Of a DNA stretch of 64,000 nt, positions 59,765 to 64,000 are shown piece by piece. The notes beneath the pieces were generated by a model. It did not search any database, was not told the DNA's origin, and saw only the letters and a list, made by a program, of their open reading frames with translations. Made by a program: the position numbers and the translations under genes. Position 1 is the first letter of the stretch; every line of letters begins with the position of its first letter. This stretch comes from Amphiscolops sp. MND2022 (lineage: Eukaryota), in assembly GCA_964187785.1 (NCBI GenBank), contig OZ076411.1, forward strand, positions 24,614,001 through 24,678,000, written 5' to 3'.

Positions 59765-62110
59765 TTAGGGTAAGCAGCTCCAGTACAAAATTACAAGTGA
59801 AAGCGATTCAAATAAACACTTCTTTTACACAAATATATAATACAGTTTATAATATTAGGACGATCTAACAATGTTTAAATTTTGCTTGGACCATAGGCAG
59901 TATATATCAGTGTGTTTTCATTTTGTCTTGGAAACATGCATGTGAGTGAAGGAAGCGAATGTTTCTCAAGTGGGAATTTTCTTTACCGATTTATATTTCT
60001 CATTTTTTTCCATATGAGTTTTTGGTACAATGGTGCTCAGTGTTTGCGATAAATACGTCATTGCTAAAAAATATCTTGTCCCTCTCAAACAATTTTCCTT
60101 GAAAATACCGATATGGAAAAAATATTCGAAGAACTTTTTTCGGAAAGAATTTTTCGCACATGTTTTTGGTCTTTTGAGGTTTTCTGTTGAGGAAAACCAA
60201 TTTCCGGGTCTTAAGTGTGGCCTCTTTAGTTAAAGGTGACATCTGTGTGACTAATGAGAGTGTTATCAATAAATGTGAGAACTATGTTTTTCAGCTCTGA
60301 GCAACGAAATTTTATCCTGTTCACTAGAGGTTCGCTGCTTTGATTTTTTTTCTGATGTTTTCTGTTTTTGAACCAGACTTTTTCACAATATCGGATCTTT
60401 GTGATGTTTTCTGTCAAGAAAAAGACTTTTCTTTCCCGGAAAGGCCCCCTTGGAAATTTCCGGTTGCAACGGTGTGCAAAAAATTCATACAATGAACCTC
60501 CTGTTTTATGCATGTACAATGAACAATGTACAACAATGTACAATTACATGTACAATGAACAACGTAATCGGAATTTACGCCACTAAAAGAAGCATTAAAA
60601 GTTTCAGTAAGGAAAAAGTATTAGGAAAACTGAAAAACTAGGATATGTTCATCTGCATGACTAAAGAATTCTGCAGCAAACTATGGACTCAGTATGAAAA
60701 TAGTTGGGCTGAAATACTCAAAAACTAATATAAATTCTGTATTTTTTGACAACTTCTACAAAATTTTAACAGAAATACCCATCGAATCAGATTTTATACG
60801 ACACTGCACAAGAATAAAATTCATTAGATTCGCTCTATGGACTAGTATGGGACTTCGACTAGGGTACTGTATTATGAGGAATGTTCCTTCAAATTTAAAA
60901 AATTGTCATTGATTCTTCCTTTATTAATGATGGCCCGAAATAATTCTTATCAAGCAGCAGCATAAAGTTAAACCTGTAATATAAAAAAACTGTACAAAAA
61001 ATTGTGACAGTTAAACAAATATTTTTGTTTTGTTAGAACAAGTCAGAAATGGACTTAATCGGCGCCCCATTAAAGGCTCAAAGAACGCGAAGCTTTTGAA
61101 AGTCCTCAGGGGTGGCATGTAAATAATCTGGAGAATCTGACATCACCGACAAACATGGAGAAGCACTATTTAGGCTCATGAAGTCTTTTACTTGTCTAAG
61201 AAATTTAAAAGAGATAAAGCATTTGATCCCAAACAAATTCGGAAAGAAGTTCCACAGTTCCAAAAACAAGACGGCCGCTGAGCAGCGAGATACTTTCCGC
61301 CCCAAACTGTTCTACAACTGAGTAAATTTGATGCTCAAGAATAGCCAATGCACTATAAAAACGTAAAGAAGCTCGAAGAAAGGAACGCTTTGATTCATGT
61401 TAGCCCATTTTAAATGAAACCCCGAAGTTATAATATTTGCGATAGCTGGCCACTTTTTGTTTTTTCTGGCCACCGAGAAAAGAGAAAATTTTCAATACTT
61501 TTTCGAAAATAATTTTCGGAAAACATTTTTCGTCGTTTTTAATATTTGAGGTTTTCTGTAAAGGAAATAGGTTTCTCGAGTCTTGAGGGTGACGTCTTTG
61601 TTACTTTTGATCATATGGAACTGACGAGGTTTCTTCTGGATTGTGGAAAATACTTCATTTTAGTTTTTTCGACTCTGTGCGTCTTTCCGGAACTTTCATT
61701 TGGTCAAAGAGTACACCTTTGCTTTCATAGTTGATTTCGGCTTGAGGAAAGTAATTTTGCGAGCTGAAACTCGTTCCGCCATCAAAGAACTTTACCGGAA
61801 AAAAATCAAAAAATTGGATTTTTTGTGATTCTTGTTGTGCAAAAAGTGGTTTCCTAGTCTCAGGCGTATTTTTTGTACTCAGCTAAGTTTTGGCACTGAG
61901 AAAGTGGTAAAAACAATAAATTAGGTCCTTTGGGAAAGTTGAGTGATCCCGGTTTGTTATATTATTGCACATAGTTTCACTGGAAGTGTCAAAATATAGA
62001 AATAGTTTTGATAACTTTGGGGTCAATTTGAGGAACTTTTCTAACATGAATCTTTCAGATGTTTTCAAAATTAAGCCTACTGGACAATGGAGTTTAGCTG
62101 TTGTTGAATG

Positions 62111-62639
62111 TTTTTAGTCGGCGCCTTTTCCCTTAAGGAAAAAAGCCCGACTCTTACAGTGAGTAGTTTTTTTTCCAGTTGACAATCTCACTCTGAGTGG
62201 TCCACTTTTCTTACAATTTTTGTTCATCTTTCATATTTGTTCATCTTCCATCTTCGACCCAGCCGGAGAGCGTGGGTTCGATTCTCGCACTAAACCATAA
62301 ATTTTTTAATGCTTCCAAAAGTACAGGTGAGACCAAAGGGTCCCCCCTTTGGGTTTTTTTCGGCACTATGCGACTTTTTCGAAAATTTTCGAAATTTATC
62401 AAAGGGTACCCCCTTGAATTTTTTTGAAGTTTTCGGTTTGTAGAAAACGTTGAATGAGCCTGAATGGCCTCTTTTTGAGTTTTTCGGCATTGTGCGACCT
62501 AAAAAATACTTTTTTTTCGAAAAAAAAATCAAAAAAAATTTTTTGAAAAAAATTTTTTTTCCAAATTTTTCCAATAGTTGTTCCTTGAATATTTTTGAGC
62601 CTGAGTTATGGCGCCGACTTGGGACGTTCCCGTCTTGTT
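62111..62639 (-). repeat. Family A full-length copy
   Basis: tttttagtcggcgccttttcccttaaggaaaaaagcccgact ... atggcgccgacttgggacgttcccgtcttgtt. Confidence 0.8.
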
Positions 62640-64000
62640 ACTATTTTAACCCACGAAGTAGCTCGAAACATCTTCCTTTGGAAGGTGTACTCCATATCTA
62701 GTGATTCTGCTTGGAGATTTTTGAATTTTAAATATTGGATAAATCAGGTCGAAACACTACGGGTAGCTACACGTTTCAATCTTGAGCCTATGGTTTTTCT
62801 GATTGAGATAAATTTTCGGAAAGTGTCAAAAATTAGGACTAAGTTGTCAAAAACAAAAGAAAGTTCGGAATATTTGACACCTTTGTTGTAAACTCGATGA
62901 ACTTCATCCCATTTTCCCCCAATTGTGCTTTGAATACCTTAATGTTTAACCAGTCAGGTCATTGGAAGTTCTATTCTTCGAGAATTTTTCATGGTTTGAA
63001 CAAAAATTGTGATTATGTTGTCAAAAAATTGCTTTTTGTAGTTCCATGGACTTTTTAGGATATCTTTAGGCCAATTCCAACAAACAAAATGCAGTCTTCG
63101 CTTCAAAATTGCCTACTCCAGATATCCGGGTTGATCACTGTTGAGTTTTAAAACCATTTCTAGCAAGGAAGTTGCTCAAAAATTGTACAAGATATGCCTA
63201 AAAATGTAAAAAAACTTCATTTTTCTCATTTTTTCCAATACTTGGGCCATTCCGAGGAAACTTTCGACCATGAATTAGGCTATTTGTTTTTGAAAAACGT
63301 ACCTCAAACCTAGTTTCATTCCCTGGAGTTGTTCGAAGTTTTTATTTCACCAAAATCTTCTAATCTCAAATTAAAATTAACTGAAAATGTCAGAAATCGA
63401 CAAGAATTTCGACATTTTCAACGTTTTGGGGTCAATTTGATCAAATTTCCTCTGCAAACGTTCTATTCAAAAAATGTAACGCAACGATCGTTCTTTCGTT
63501 GTGGAGTTGATTGTGTTGGAACTTAGAACGAAATCTTTCGGAAAATGTACAGAAACTGCATCAAAAACGAAAAACTTTTTCGACAGTTCAGTGTCAATTG
63601 GAGGCATTTTCTTTTACAAACTGAACTTATCTCTTGACGAAAGCTAACCGAAACAACAACTTTGCCCATGTTTTAGGCTTTTCATCATTCTAGTCCACGA
63701 AGTCATTGATATTCTGACAAAAATTGAATGAAATTAGTGACACTCGAAAAAATTTCAAAATTTTGTCTTTTTCGATGTCAATTCCGGGACACTTTCCGTT
63801 TGAAAGAATGCATTTATCTCTTTTCCAAGCATACTGGACAATATATTCGTTCCTTGTTGACCCTTTTCAATGTTCCGGTTAACAAAGTTTGCCGAAAATT
63901 GAAAGTTTGGAAACAATTGGCATTAAATCATTGAAAATTGGAAAATTTTTAGGACTTTTGTCATTTTCGATGTCAATTTGCGACATTTTCATTCAGAACA

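Noticed and set aside
60500-60565. catgtacaatgaacaa repeats (and gatat/catgat repeats at 29060-29110 and 30810-30860) as regulatory arrays
   Set aside because: Short low-complexity slippage repeats with no associated feature.

Overview
Eukaryotic (animal-like), AT-rich window dominated by transposable elements. No bacterial operons, CRISPR arrays, rRNA or intact tRNA genes are supported. The main feature is a 16.7-kb Ty3/Gypsy LTR retrotransposon at 37441-54189, with a 5-bp TSD (TTACC), 1.64-kb LTRs about 99% identical, a PBS and a PPT. Its gag ORF starts inside the LTR and reads through the PBS, and gag-pol is joined by an A_AAA_AAC -1 slippery site. About 7 kb of cargo lies between pol and the 3' LTR. 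The cargo comprises an antisense, multi-exon gene (three clear GT-AG introns) for a ~1250-aa NLS + zinc-finger protein resembling a catalytically dead hAT-type transposase, and a divergently oriented sense ORF with SUMO-interacting-like motifs that ends in the 3' LTR. Other elements: a young 5-kb non-coding LTR element (4616-9687), a decayed minus-strand Gypsy with a single LTR (14464-20349), a decayed relative of it (~34745-36650), a decayed LINE (~22740-27450), a MULE-like MITE (9-bp TSD), a hAT-like MITE (8-bp TSD) containing two abutting near-perfect palindromes, a recurrent HINE/DINE-1-like repeat, and several local tandem duplications (96, ~565, 1067 and 1748 bp). A few candidate host exons encoding glycoprotein-like sequence are weakly supported. 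All family assignments come from motif recognition by eye and all mismatch counts are by hand; no database searches were run.
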